Positions 38,087 through 47,350 of a DNA stretch of 64,000 nucleotides are shown here, piece by piece. The notes beneath the pieces were generated by a model. The model worked only from the letters and a program-made list of their open reading frames with translations, did no database searches and was not told the DNA's origin. Made by a program: the position numbers and the translations under genes. Source of the DNA: Candidatus Omnitrophota bacterium (lineage in GTDB: Bacteria > Omnitrophota > Gorgyraeia > Zapsychrales > Fredricksoniimonadaceae); the NCBI GenBank assembly GCA_903944345.1, contig CAJARJ010000005.1, forward strand, positions 7,890 through 71,889. The letters run 5' to 3'. Numbering within the stretch: position 1 is the stretch's first letter; every line of letters starts with the position of its first letter.

Positions 38087-39717
38087 AGATTTCTGTCAAA
38101 ATTGTCATGCTGACCGCAATTCTTCTGGGTATTCTTGCGATAGACGGCATTATCAGTCATGGCCTGCTCAAACGAATGGGGAATGAACTCCAGATTGTCG
38201 TTAACAAGGATCTTGTCCTGATTCACTCCGCAACGGCCATAACGCGGTTTCAGCTGCAGAAAGCTGTTGTTTTCGAGCGTGTCCGCCGCATCATTGAAGA
38301 ACTTAATTATCAGACAACAACTGCCGCCCGGATGGATCATTTGCTTTTTCATCTGAACCTGGCCAAAACCAATCTCGATAATCTGGCGCGGGAGGGTGCT
38401 CAGCATATTGTTAATGCCAAAATGTTGATTGATGAAGGATTAAAAGTTCCTGCCGGAGAGGAGTCCAGCAAAAAACTTCTTCTGGTCTCGGGGGTACTCA
38501 GGGAAATTGAAACCGCGCATATCCATTACGACGCTCTTTTGGGCAATCTTTTTTCATCTGTTCTGGCTGGAAATTATGATATCCCGCTTGATGATCTGGA
38601 TCAGATTCACCGGGATGAAAAAAAACTCGGAGTTGAATTGCAGAATCTGATTGACGCCGTTTCACGTTTTACCCATGAATCTCTGGGCAAGTCAGAAACC
38701 TACCAGAAAACAGCCGAACGTATCCTCTGGATCACTTTTCTTATCAGCTTTCTGGCTTCAAGCTTTTTGTGTTTCTCGATTATCTACAGTATTTTTGATC
38801 CTTTAAAAAGCCTTGTTGCCGCTGCAAAACAGATCGGGCGGGGGGATCTTGATGTCAACCTTGCTAGAACATCCAAAGACGAATTCGGTGAACTTTCCAG
38901 AACCTTTAATGAAATGTCCCGTCAACTCAAGGAGTCCCGTAAAGAACTGGAAGCCCAGAGCGATATTCTGCGGCGCAATCTGGAAATTACGGATCAGCAA
39001 AAAGCTGATCTTGAACTGGTTAACCGCGAGCTGGATCGTTTTGTACATACCGTCAGTCATGATATTCGTTCCCCCTTGATGGGGATAGCCTGGTATGCAG
39101 ATTTTCTTAAAAAGCAGTATTTCGAAAGTTTTGATCAGAAAGGCAAGGACAGTCTGCTCGGCGTTTGCAAAGGAGTGGATCGTTGCAACATCCTGATCAA
39201 GGATTTGCTTGCCCTGACAAGAATTACCCGTGTACGAAATCCTTACCAGGAGTCTTCTGCCGCAAGAATTCTGGACGAAGTTATTGCAACTCTTGATTAC
39301 AAAATAAAGGAAAACAGAGTCGATCTGAAAATTAGCCCCAACATGCCGTTATTGGTCTGCGATCCTATCAAGCTTAAAGAAGTTTTTCTTAATCTTCTGA
39401 CCAATGCCATCAAGTTTTCTTCCGGATCAGATGTTCAACCGGTTGTCGAATTCGGTTTTCTGGAACATATCGACGAATATGAGTTTTTTGTCAAAGATAA
39501 TGGTATCGGCATACCGGAGAAATATCATGACGAGATTTTCACCATATTCCATCGTCTTGATACCTCTGAAAAGTATGAAGGAACAGGGGCCGGACTAAGT
39601 ATCGTTAAGAATATCGTAGAAGACCATAAAGGGCGAGTCTGGGTGGTTTCTTCTACCGGTAAGGGAGCGGTGTTTCATTTTACCATTTCCCGGCATCTCC
39701 AGGTCAAAACAGCATAA
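38083..39717 (+). CDS. Membrane sensor histidine kinase (2 TM, HAMP, DHp, HATPase)
   Basis: DEFGELSRTFNEM HAMP, VSHDIRSPL, NLLTNAIKF, DNGIGI, GTGAGL. Confidence 0.93.
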   Translation: MKISVKIVMLTAILLGILAIDGIISHGLLKRMGNELQIVVNKDLVLIHSATAITRFQLQKAVVFERVRRIIEELNYQTTTAARMDHLLFHLNLAKTNLDNLAREGAQHIVNAKMLIDEGLKVPAGEESSKKLLLVSGVLREIETAHIHYDALLGNLFSSVLAGNYDIPLDDLDQIHRDEKKLGVELQNLIDAVSRFTHESLGKSETYQKTAERILWITFLISFLASSFLCFSIIYSIFDPLKSLVAAAKQIGRGDLDVNLARTSKDEFGELSRTFNEMSRQLKESRKELEAQSDILRRNLEITDQQKADLELVNRELDRFVHTVSHDIRSPLMGIAWYADFLKKQYFESFDQKGKDSLLGVCKGVDRCNILIKDLLALTRITRVRNPYQESSAARILDEVIATLDYKIKENRVDLKISPNMPLLVCDPIKLKEVFLNLLTNAIKFSSGSDVQPVVEFGFLEHIDEYEFFVKDNGIGIPEKYHDEIFTIFHRLDTSEKYEGTGAGLSIVKNIVEDHKGRVWVVSSTGKGAVFHFTISRHLQVKTA

Positions 39718-39799
39718 CCCCAATCGTTTGAACCAGATTTTTCTTGCGGCTTCTACGCGGTAGTGCTACGCTGAACGTTCAATCTTGAGGCACTTAATT

Positions 39800-40084
39800 A
39801 TGATCGATAATCAAACCGTTCAATATATAGCAGGGCTCTCGCGTTTAAGAGTTCAGGATCAGGACTCCAGTCGTTTTGCCAGGGATCTTGAAGTTATTCT
39901 GCATTATGTCCGGCAACTGGAAGAACTGGATGTGAAGGATGTTCCTGCCACCAGTCATGTTCTGAATATACAAAACGTTTTTCGTAAAGACGAAATTGCG
40001 CCGTCTCTAACCCAGGAGCAGGCTCTTTCCTTTGCGATAGAAAAGAATTCCGGGCATTACATTGTTCCCAAGGTTATTGAATGA
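39800..40084 (+). CDS. gatC: Asp/Glu-tRNA amidotransferase subunit C
   Basis: VQYIAGLSRL, NVFRKD, VPKVIE. Confidence 0.93.
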   Translation: MIDNQTVQYIAGLSRLRVQDQDSSRFARDLEVILHYVRQLEELDVKDVPATSHVLNIQNVFRKDEIAPSLTQEQALSFAIEKNSGHYIVPKVIE

Positions 40085-41508
40085 AACTTTACGACCAGAC
40101 CGCTCAGAAATTAAAAGAGCTCATCGCTTCCGGAGACATTTCACCGCAGGCTATTCAGCAAGCAGTAGAAGAGCGTGCCCGAGCTATTAATCCGCGCACC
40201 AATGCTTTCTTGCGTTTTTACGATCTGCCTTGCACGCAACATGGATCTTTCAGATTGCCTATTGGCTTGAAAGATAATCTTTCTGTCAAGAACCAGCTGG
40301 TTGGCTGTGCCTCACGTATCCTGGAAGGGTATCGAGCTCCTTATGACGCTCATGTTGTCGAGCGTTTACTTGAATCCGGAGCCATTCTGCAAGGCGCTTT
40401 AAATATGGACGAATTTGCTTTTGGGTCTTCAACCGAAACCTCCGCGTTTGGCTCCGCCCGCAACCCCTGGGACACCGAGCGCGTTCCCGGAGGATCCTCC
40501 GGTGGGTCAGCAGCGGCTGTTGCAGCCGGTCAGACGATCTGGGCGTTGGGCAGTGATACCGGAGGCTCAATCCGGCAACCCGCTTCTTTTTGCGGAATTG
40601 TGGGCCTGAAGCCAACTTACGGACGCATTTCACGTTACGGCCTGGTGGCTTTTGGTTCGTCTCTTGACCAGATCGGGCCACTTACCAAAGATGTCACTGA
40701 CTCGGCTTTACTTCTAAACATCATCTCTGGCTTTGACCCCAAAGATTCCACATCAGCAAACTGTCCGGTTCCGGATTATACCCAAGCCTTAACCAGGGAA
40801 ATTAAAGGGCTTCGCATAGGCATTCCCAGGGAATATTTTATTGACGGTATTCAACCCGAAGTTCTAAATGCAGTCCAATCAGCTGTCAAACTTCTGGAAA
40901 AAGCAGGTGCGCAGGTCAAAGACATATCCCTGGCGCATACAAAGTATGCCGTAGCCACTTATTATATTCTGGCCACTGCCGAAGCCAGCTCAAATCTAGC
41001 ACGTTTCGATGGCGTCAAATACGGACGCAGAGCCCAGTCCCGCTCATCCGGGCGTCCGGCCATCATCGATTTGTACGAGACGACCAGAGAACAAGGATTC
41101 GGCGACGAAGCCAAGCGCAGAATCATGTTAGGCACATACGTACTTTCATCCGGCTATTACGACGCTTTTTATTTGCGCGCTCAAAAAGTCAGAACCCTTA
41201 TCAAAAAAGATTTTGAACAAGCTTTTAATGAAGTGGATGTTATCGTTTCTCCGACGGCTCCAACAACAGCTTTTCGTCTGGGGGAAAAGATTAACGATCC
41301 TCTTTCCATGTATCTTTCAGATATTTTCACCATCCCGGCAAACCTCGCGGGCATTCCGGCCATATCTTTGCCCTGCGGTTTTGACTCGAATCAAATGCCG
41401 GTCGGTTTACAAATGATGGCGTCGCCTTTTGCTGAAGAAACACTTTTGAGAACAGCTTTTGCGTATGAACAGGCAACTCCCTGGCATACAGAAAGAGCCA
41501 GGTTATAA
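40081..41508 (+). CDS. gatA: Asp/Glu-tRNA amidotransferase subunit A
   Basis: NMDEFAFGSS, PGGSSGGSAA, SDTGGSIRQPA, KRRIMLG. Confidence 0.98.
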   Translation: MKLYDQTAQKLKELIASGDISPQAIQQAVEERARAINPRTNAFLRFYDLPCTQHGSFRLPIGLKDNLSVKNQLVGCASRILEGYRAPYDAHVVERLLESGAILQGALNMDEFAFGSSTETSAFGSARNPWDTERVPGGSSGGSAAAVAAGQTIWALGSDTGGSIRQPASFCGIVGLKPTYGRISRYGLVAFGSSLDQIGPLTKDVTDSALLLNIISGFDPKDSTSANCPVPDYTQALTREIKGLRIGIPREYFIDGIQPEVLNAVQSAVKLLEKAGAQVKDISLAHTKYAVATYYILATAEASSNLARFDGVKYGRRAQSRSSGRPAIIDLYETTREQGFGDEAKRRIMLGTYVLSSGYYDAFYLRAQKVRTLIKKDFEQAFNEVDVIVSPTAPTTAFRLGEKINDPLSMYLSDIFTIPANLAGIPAISLPCGFDSNQMPVGLQMMASPFAEETLLRTAFAYEQATPWHTERARL

Positions 41509-41510
41509 AT

Positions 41511-42944
41511 ATGGAATTCGAAACTGTTATCGGACTTGAAGTTCACTTGCAGCTCAATACCTGTACGAAAATTTTCTGCAGCTGCCGCAATCTCTTTGGT
41601 GATCAGCCTAATACAAACGTTTGCCCTGTCTGTCTGGGGCTTCCCGGATCGCTTCCTGTGCTCAACCGTAAAGTTCTTGATTTCGGAATCAGAGTCGGAC
41701 TGGCACTGGATTGCGAAATCAGTCCTCTGGTCAAATTTGACCGCAAAAATTATTTCTATCCTGACCTGCCCAAAGGATACCAGATTTCACAATTTGACTT
41801 TCCGATAGCCCGTAAAGGACATATTTCCATAAAAAGCTCTGCTGGTGATAAACGCATAGGGATCACCCGGGCCCACCTGGAAGAGGATGCAGGAAAACTT
41901 ATTCATAATGATCAGAATCGTTCAACCCTGGTCGATTACAATAGAACCGGAACCCCGCTGGTTGAGATTGTTTCAGACCCCGATCTACGTACAGCCCAGG
42001 AAGCTTATGATTATCTAACGGCCCTTAAACTTGTCCTTTCCTATCTTTCAGTCTCTGAATGTGATATGGAGAAGGGCTCTCTGCGCTGTGATGCCAATGT
42101 TTCTATTCGGCCAAAAGGTGACTCCAAACTGGGCACAAAAACAGAATTAAAGAACATGAATTCGTTTAGCGCTGTGAGGCGCGCTATCGATTATGAAGCC
42201 AAACGACAGGAGGGCATTCTTTTATCCGGCGGAGAAATTGTGCAACAAACTCTCCTGTGGGACGATGCCCGTGCTGTAACGCTTCCGATGCGAAGCAAAG
42301 AAAATTCGCACGATTACCGCTATTTCCCTGATCCGGATCTTGTCCCTTTTGTTCTCGATCCTGCCTGGGTTATTGCAGCCCGAGAAGCTCTGCCTGAACT
42401 GCCAACACAAAAACTATCTCGTCTGGTCGAGCATTACAAACTAAATATTTATGATGCAACGATAATCATTCAGGACAGGGAATTGGCCGATTTTTTTGAA
42501 GCCTGTTATCTCATTTATCCGGATGCAAAAAAAATTGCCAACTGGCTGAACGGACCACTGCTAAAGGAATTAAATGAGCGCAAGTGTTCTTTACATGACC
42601 TTGATTTGCTACCTGCGGTTTTAGCAGCCCTGATTGAAAAGGTCGAAACAGCCCAGATCAGCAATCTGGCTGGCAAAGAAGCTCTTTCTCTGTATCTGAA
42701 CAAGAACGGTTCTCTCGAAGAGATTATCCGTAACAAAGGTTTTCTTCAGGTTTCTGATGACCAGCAACTCCTGACTGTAATTGATGAGGTCCTGCGAGAC
42801 AACCCGGCAGCCGTCGCCGAAATCAAGAGCGGTAAAACGAATGTGACCGGATTTCTGGTTGGTCAGGCCATGAAAAAAATGCAGGGTAAGGCCAACCCCA
42901 AAAAACTGAATGAACTAATTACCGGGAGACTCCAGAATGAATAA
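41511..42944 (+). CDS. gatB: Asp/Glu-tRNA amidotransferase subunit B
   Basis: IGLEVH, RKNYFYPDLPK, LRCDANVS, DYRYFPDPD. Confidence 0.98.
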   Translation: MEFETVIGLEVHLQLNTCTKIFCSCRNLFGDQPNTNVCPVCLGLPGSLPVLNRKVLDFGIRVGLALDCEISPLVKFDRKNYFYPDLPKGYQISQFDFPIARKGHISIKSSAGDKRIGITRAHLEEDAGKLIHNDQNRSTLVDYNRTGTPLVEIVSDPDLRTAQEAYDYLTALKLVLSYLSVSECDMEKGSLRCDANVSIRPKGDSKLGTKTELKNMNSFSAVRRAIDYEAKRQEGILLSGGEIVQQTLLWDDARAVTLPMRSKENSHDYRYFPDPDLVPFVLDPAWVIAAREALPELPTQKLSRLVEHYKLNIYDATIIIQDRELADFFEACYLIYPDAKKIANWLNGPLLKELNERKCSLHDLDLLPAVLAALIEKVETAQISNLAGKEALSLYLNKNGSLEEIIRNKGFLQVSDDQQLLTVIDEVLRDNPAAVAEIKSGKTNVTGFLVGQAMKKMQGKANPKKLNELITGRLQNE

Positions 42945-44436
42945 GAAAATATTCGCTCTGCTTTTTATTGCCGCCGGGATACTAACTTTTGCGGGTTATG
43001 CCGTATCACAAAGTGAAAAACATCCTGTCCAGGCGGACGAAACAGTCCTGCAAGCCCAAAACGACCAGAGTGCGCCAATTCCGTTACTGGCACAAAAGTC
43101 TGACACCGATATTGTCACACCTCCTGAAGAAAAAAGCTATCTTAAGGACGATCCCAAAGCAGGAGATCTTTATACCCAGGCCGAACTTTTCAGCTATGCT
43201 CTGACAACAGTCCAGTCAGAATACGTTGACGAAAAACTGCCCAAGGAACTTATTTACGGCGCCTTGGGAGGAATGCTGGGGGCACTTGATCCCCACAGTC
43301 AGTTTCTGACTCCTGATGACTTCGAAGAACTCAGAACAGAAACCAAGGGTCAATTCGGAGGGCTGGGAATAGAAATAACGACCCGGGACGGTCTTTTGAC
43401 CATAGTGACACCTATCGAGGACACTCCGGCATGGAACGCCGGACTCAAGGCAGGTGACAGAATTGTCAAAATTGAAAAAGACCTGACCAGGGACATGAAT
43501 ATAAGCGATGCGGTCAAAAAACTTCGCGGGGTCCCCGGAACGGCTGTCCATATCATGGTGCTTCGGGAATCCGAAGGTAAACTGCTTGATTTTGATATTG
43601 TCCGCCAGATTATTCATGTCCAGGATGTCAAAGATGCGCACATTATTGAAGACGGTATCGGCTATCTGCGTTTTGCCGAATTTCGCGAAAACTCTTATGA
43701 ACAGATAGTCAAAAATCTCCGTCAACTTAAGGAGCAGGGGGCCAATGCGCTTATTCTTGATCTGCGCAACAATCCCGGCGGACTGCTGAATATTGCGATT
43801 GATATAAGCGAAATTTTCTTATCCAAAGGGCAGACTATTGTTTCTACCAAAGGCCGTCATCCTTCCCAGGACAGCATCAGTATTTCGCGCAACAAGAATA
43901 ATGAATTCAAGGAATGGCCGGTTGTTATTTTGATCAATGAAGGCAGTGCTTCAGGCAGCGAAATTGTGGCGGGAGCGCTCAAGGACAATCGTCGTGCTGT
44001 AATTCTCGGCGTGAAATCATTTGGCAAAGGATCGGTACAGTCTGTTATTCCTATGCCTGACGGTTCCGGTCTTCGTCTGACCACAGCAAAATATTTCACC
44101 CCTTCGGGCATCTGCATCCATGACATTGGCATCAAGCCCGATATTATAGTCGAGCGCATTTATCCTGAACTTAAAGAGAACGAATCTGAAGATGCAGAGC
44201 CTTCAGTTCTCAAGAATGGCCTTAAAGATGCCGGTAAGGTTTTTGACTCGGTGGCAGAAATGGACGCGGGGCTAAATCCCCAAGAACAGGAAAAAAAGAA
44301 AAAAGAAGCCGCTCTCAAAAAACGTATAAGCGAAGACAATCAGATCCAAAGTGCGATCAGCGTAATCAAGGGCATTCGCGTTTACAAGACCTTATCATCG
44401 GAACCCGCAGATGGTTCGCCAGAAACAATCCGGTAA
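42937..44436 (+). CDS. ctpA: S41 carboxyl-terminal processing protease
   Basis: LDPHS, PDZ GLGI, DLRNNPGG, SASGSE, FGKGSVQ. Confidence 0.92.
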   Translation: MNKKIFALLFIAAGILTFAGYAVSQSEKHPVQADETVLQAQNDQSAPIPLLAQKSDTDIVTPPEEKSYLKDDPKAGDLYTQAELFSYALTTVQSEYVDEKLPKELIYGALGGMLGALDPHSQFLTPDDFEELRTETKGQFGGLGIEITTRDGLLTIVTPIEDTPAWNAGLKAGDRIVKIEKDLTRDMNISDAVKKLRGVPGTAVHIMVLRESEGKLLDFDIVRQIIHVQDVKDAHIIEDGIGYLRFAEFRENSYEQIVKNLRQLKEQGANALILDLRNNPGGLLNIAIDISEIFLSKGQTIVSTKGRHPSQDSISISRNKNNEFKEWPVVILINEGSASGSEIVAGALKDNRRAVILGVKSFGKGSVQSVIPMPDGSGLRLTTAKYFTPSGICIHDIGIKPDIIVERIYPELKENESEDAEPSVLKNGLKDAGKVFDSVAEMDAGLNPQEQEKKKKEAALKKRISEDNQIQSAISVIKGIRVYKTLSSEPADGSPETIR

Positions 44437-45319
44437 GTTCCCGGGATTTATTGCTGTTTTATTTTTGCTGATAGTGGCACTTGGTGTTTTCGGCATTATT
44501 ACAATGCACAAAACGCGCCTTTCACCCGGCGTCACCTTGCCTAAACCCAAAAGTGTGCCGCCTGGAAAAACAGTCAAGAAGATCGCAGCCCCTGTTGTAC
44601 CTAAGAAAATCAGGAAAGCCGGGGCAGTTCCTCAGACCGGAGTAATTGCAGTGGTTCTGGATGACTGGGGATACAATCGTTCCCATTGCCGCTCCCTGGC
44701 CAAAATCAAAGCCCCTATAGGAGTGGCCATTCTTCCTGGTCTTACATATTCCAAAGATGTAATTGCCTGCGCACTGGCCAGCGGTCATGAACCCATGCTG
44801 CATTTGCCTTTTGAGCCGCACCGCAGCAAGGAAATGTATACCGAAGATTACCTCTTAACCAGCGATGAATCAAATGAACAGACAAAAAAACGACTGGATA
44901 TGATTCTTTCCGAGATGAAAGGAGTCGTCGGGGTCAACAATCATACTGGTTCGAAAGGCACAGAAAACCCTGAACTGGTAAAACTTGTTTTGACAGAACT
45001 CAAACGGCGTAAACTGTTTTTTGTAGATAGTGTAACAACCCCTAACAGTGTCTGCGGCACAGTCGCCGCAAACCTCAAGATGCGTATTGGACGAAGAGAT
45101 GTTTTTCTGGACAACAAGAACGAACGCTCTGAAATTGAACGACAATTTTCCCGGGCCGCCAACATTGCCGAAGATACTGGCAGGGTTCTGGTCATAGGCC
45201 ACGACAGAGTTCTGACTCTACAAATTCTTCTGGAGCAAATTTCTAAACTTGAAGCCAGGGGGCTTCGCTTTATTCCCGTTTCGGAATATATAAGAAAATA
45301 TGAATATACTCGGAATTGA
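44411..45319 (+). CDS. Divergent polysaccharide deacetylase family protein (YibQ-like)
   Basis: VLDDWG, MLHLPFEP, GVNNHTGS, FVDSVT, RDVFLD, IGH; N-terminal TM. Confidence 0.88.
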   Translation: MVRQKQSGKFPGFIAVLFLLIVALGVFGIITMHKTRLSPGVTLPKPKSVPPGKTVKKIAAPVVPKKIRKAGAVPQTGVIAVVLDDWGYNRSHCRSLAKIKAPIGVAILPGLTYSKDVIACALASGHEPMLHLPFEPHRSKEMYTEDYLLTSDESNEQTKKRLDMILSEMKGVVGVNNHTGSKGTENPELVKLVLTELKRRKLFFVDSVTTPNSVCGTVAANLKMRIGRRDVFLDNKNERSEIERQFSRAANIAEDTGRVLVIGHDRVLTLQILLEQISKLEARGLRFIPVSEYIRKYEYTRN

Positions 45320-46259
45320 AACCTCCTGCGATGAAACCTCGGCAGCTGTTGTAACTGACGGCTCTGTTCTGCGTTCCAATATTGTTGCTTCCAGCCTTCC
45401 GGATCACCAGCGTTTTGGCGGAGTGATTCCGGAGATCGCTTCCAGGCGTCAACTGGAGTATATTTCCATTGTTGTCAATGAGGCCCTGAGCCATGCTGGC
45501 CTGCGCAAAGAAGACCTGGACGCAATAGCAGTTACTCTTAAACCGGGATTAATCGGATCCCTTCTGGTCGGTATATCCTTTGCCAAAGCCTTCAGTAAGG
45601 CTTTGGCAAAACCTTTTATCGGCGTCAATCATGTCCATGCACATATTTATGCCAACTGTTTGCGAAAAGCAGAAGCCTCTCGTGAGGCCGAACCTGTTTT
45701 ACCAGCTATCGGCCTGGCTGTTTCCGGCGGCCATTCCAGTCTTTATTTTATTCGTGATTTCCGCTCTTTCAAACTTATTGGTGAAACACGCGATGACGCA
45801 GCCGGGGAAGCATACGATAAAGTTGCCCGAATCCTTGGACTCGGTTATCCGGGTGGCCCGGTTATAGACAAGATCGCCCGTTCTGTAAAAAACAACACCT
45901 TGCGTTTCAAATGTGCCCAGCTTGAAGGAAGTTATGATTTCAGTTTCAGCGGCATCAAGACTGCCGTGCTTTACCATGTCCGCGAACATCATGTCCAGCC
46001 TGGGCCGGAAACGGATTGTGTTGTCGCAGCCTTCCAGGAAAGCGTCGTTGCTTCTCTTGTAGAAAAAAGCCTTCTGGCTTGCCGAAAGAAAAAAGTTGGA
46101 ACTCTGCTTGTGGGGGGAGGAGTTTCTGCCAATTCGGCACTCCGGTCGCTTTTATCCAGCCGCGCCCAACAAGAAGGAATCCGGGTTTTCTTTCCCCCGT
46201 TTGAACTTTGTACCGACAACGCTGCCATGATTGCCGGACTGGCATTTCATTATTATTGA
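45300..46259 (+). CDS. tsaD: tRNA N6-threonylcarbamoyladenosine transferase
   Basis: LGIETSCDET, NHVHAH, SGGH, DDAAGEAYDK, TDNAAMI. Confidence 0.97.
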   Translation: MNILGIETSCDETSAAVVTDGSVLRSNIVASSLPDHQRFGGVIPEIASRRQLEYISIVVNEALSHAGLRKEDLDAIAVTLKPGLIGSLLVGISFAKAFSKALAKPFIGVNHVHAHIYANCLRKAEASREAEPVLPAIGLAVSGGHSSLYFIRDFRSFKLIGETRDDAAGEAYDKVARILGLGYPGGPVIDKIARSVKNNTLRFKCAQLEGSYDFSFSGIKTAVLYHVREHHVQPGPETDCVVAAFQESVVASLVEKSLLACRKKKVGTLLVGGGVSANSALRSLLSSRAQQEGIRVFFPPFELCTDNAAMIAGLAFHYY

Positions 46260-46346
46260 CGGCAATTTGGGATTCTGTTATTCTGCCTGCATCGTTCAAG
46301 GCAAATCTTCCGTCATTATCACTATATATTCTTGCGGAGCTGTATT

Positions 46347-46889
46347 ATGGTTTTTGGCGAAAAAAGACCCGTCCCGACACAGACTCCCTTATCCGCGTCT
46401 CCTAAGACGGTGGAAATCAACGCCGAGATGCACGGTAGTCTTACCTTTAAAGAGAGTGTCGATCTTAAGATCAACGGTATTTTCAGCGGCTCTCTTGATA
46501 TTAAAGGCACTCTGACCGTAGGTGTTAACGCCCAGATCGAAGGAGATATCAACGGCGATAATGTTATTATTGCCGGACGCATCAAAGGAAATGTCAGTGT
46601 CACCCGAATGCTGACATTAATGCCTACCGCTGTACTGATCGGGGATATTTCTTCCCCTAAACTCAATATTGTTGAAGGTGCTGTTTTTCAAGGAACAAGC
46701 CGAATGCCGTCCGAAAGCTCCAACGAGTCAATGAACATAAGGGAACTGGCTTCTTATCTTGAACTGGATGAATCTGTTATTATTGAACTGGTGCGTGCAG
46801 GAAAAATTCCTGTTATCAAGGACGGTGACTCGCTTAAATTCGAGCGCCGGGAAATTGATAACTGGGCTGTATCAGGAATTGTCAAATGA
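46347..46889 (+). CDS. Bactofilin (CcmA-like beta-helix) fused to C-terminal Xis/HTH_17-like domain
   Basis: Beta-helix repeats LKINGIFSG, LTVG..AQIEGDI, GAVFQG..M; then MNIRELASYL...GKIP...FERREIDNW. Confidence 0.85.
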   Translation: MVFGEKRPVPTQTPLSASPKTVEINAEMHGSLTFKESVDLKINGIFSGSLDIKGTLTVGVNAQIEGDINGDNVIIAGRIKGNVSVTRMLTLMPTAVLIGDISSPKLNIVEGAVFQGTSRMPSESSNESMNIRELASYLELDESVIIELVRAGKIPVIKDGDSLKFERREIDNWAVSGIVK

Positions 46890-47191
46890 CATTAAGCCCG
46901 TATGTTTCTGTTCGTGAGTCTGCTCAAATCCTCGGAGTAACCGATGGCCGTATCATGCAGTTAATTGAACAACGCAAATTGCAGGCCTACAGAATTGCCG
47001 GACAATATTTGCGTCTGAAACGCTCGGATGTCATGCAATTGAAAAATAGCGGGGACGTGGTGGCGGAAACAGTCAAGTTTCCTTATACTGCCCGGGAGCG
47101 TTTTCTGGACTTCCTGCTGTACAATGACTTTTATATTGCGGCCTTCCTGATCATCGGCGTTCTGATTCTTGTTGTTATGTTCTGGCGGTAG
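46886..47191 (+). CDS. Xis/HTH_17-like DNA-binding domain with C-terminal TM anchor
   Basis: SVRESAQILGVT...KLQAYRIAGQYLR; C-terminal FYIAAFLIIGVLILVVMFWR; ATGA overlap. Confidence 0.82.
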   Translation: MTLSPYVSVRESAQILGVTDGRIMQLIEQRKLQAYRIAGQYLRLKRSDVMQLKNSGDVVAETVKFPYTARERFLDFLLYNDFYIAAFLIIGVLILVVMFWR

Positions 47192-47203
47192 TCAGGATTT
47201 CTC

Positions 47204-47232
47204 TTGAAAAACACCATTTTTTATCTTATTAT
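47204..47232 (+). promoter_or_regulatory. Putative sigma70 promoter of tRNA-Met/tilS
   Basis: TTGAAA-N17-TATTAT. Confidence 0.5.
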
Positions 47233-47258
47233 AATCGCTCAAAAAGATAGCTATTGAT

Positions 47259-47331
47259 GCCGAGGTAGCTCAGTTGGTAGAGCAAGCGGTTCATACCCGC
47301 TATGTCGTGGGTTCGACTCCCCCCCTCGGTA
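47259..47331 (+). tRNA. tRNA with CAT anticodon, probably elongator tRNA-Met; CCA not encoded
   Basis: Acceptor GCCGAGG/CCTCGGT, D-arm GCTC/GAGC, anticodon arm AGCGG-TTCATAC-CCGCT, T-loop TTCGACT. Confidence 0.92.
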
Positions 47332-47350
47332 TTTTTTTACTCCTGAAAAT

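Noticed and set aside
46347-47331. Excisionase-like genes next to a tRNA as a prophage/ICE remnant
   Set aside because: No integrase, att duplication or phage genes seen; the HTHs are fused to bactofilin and a TM helix among core genes
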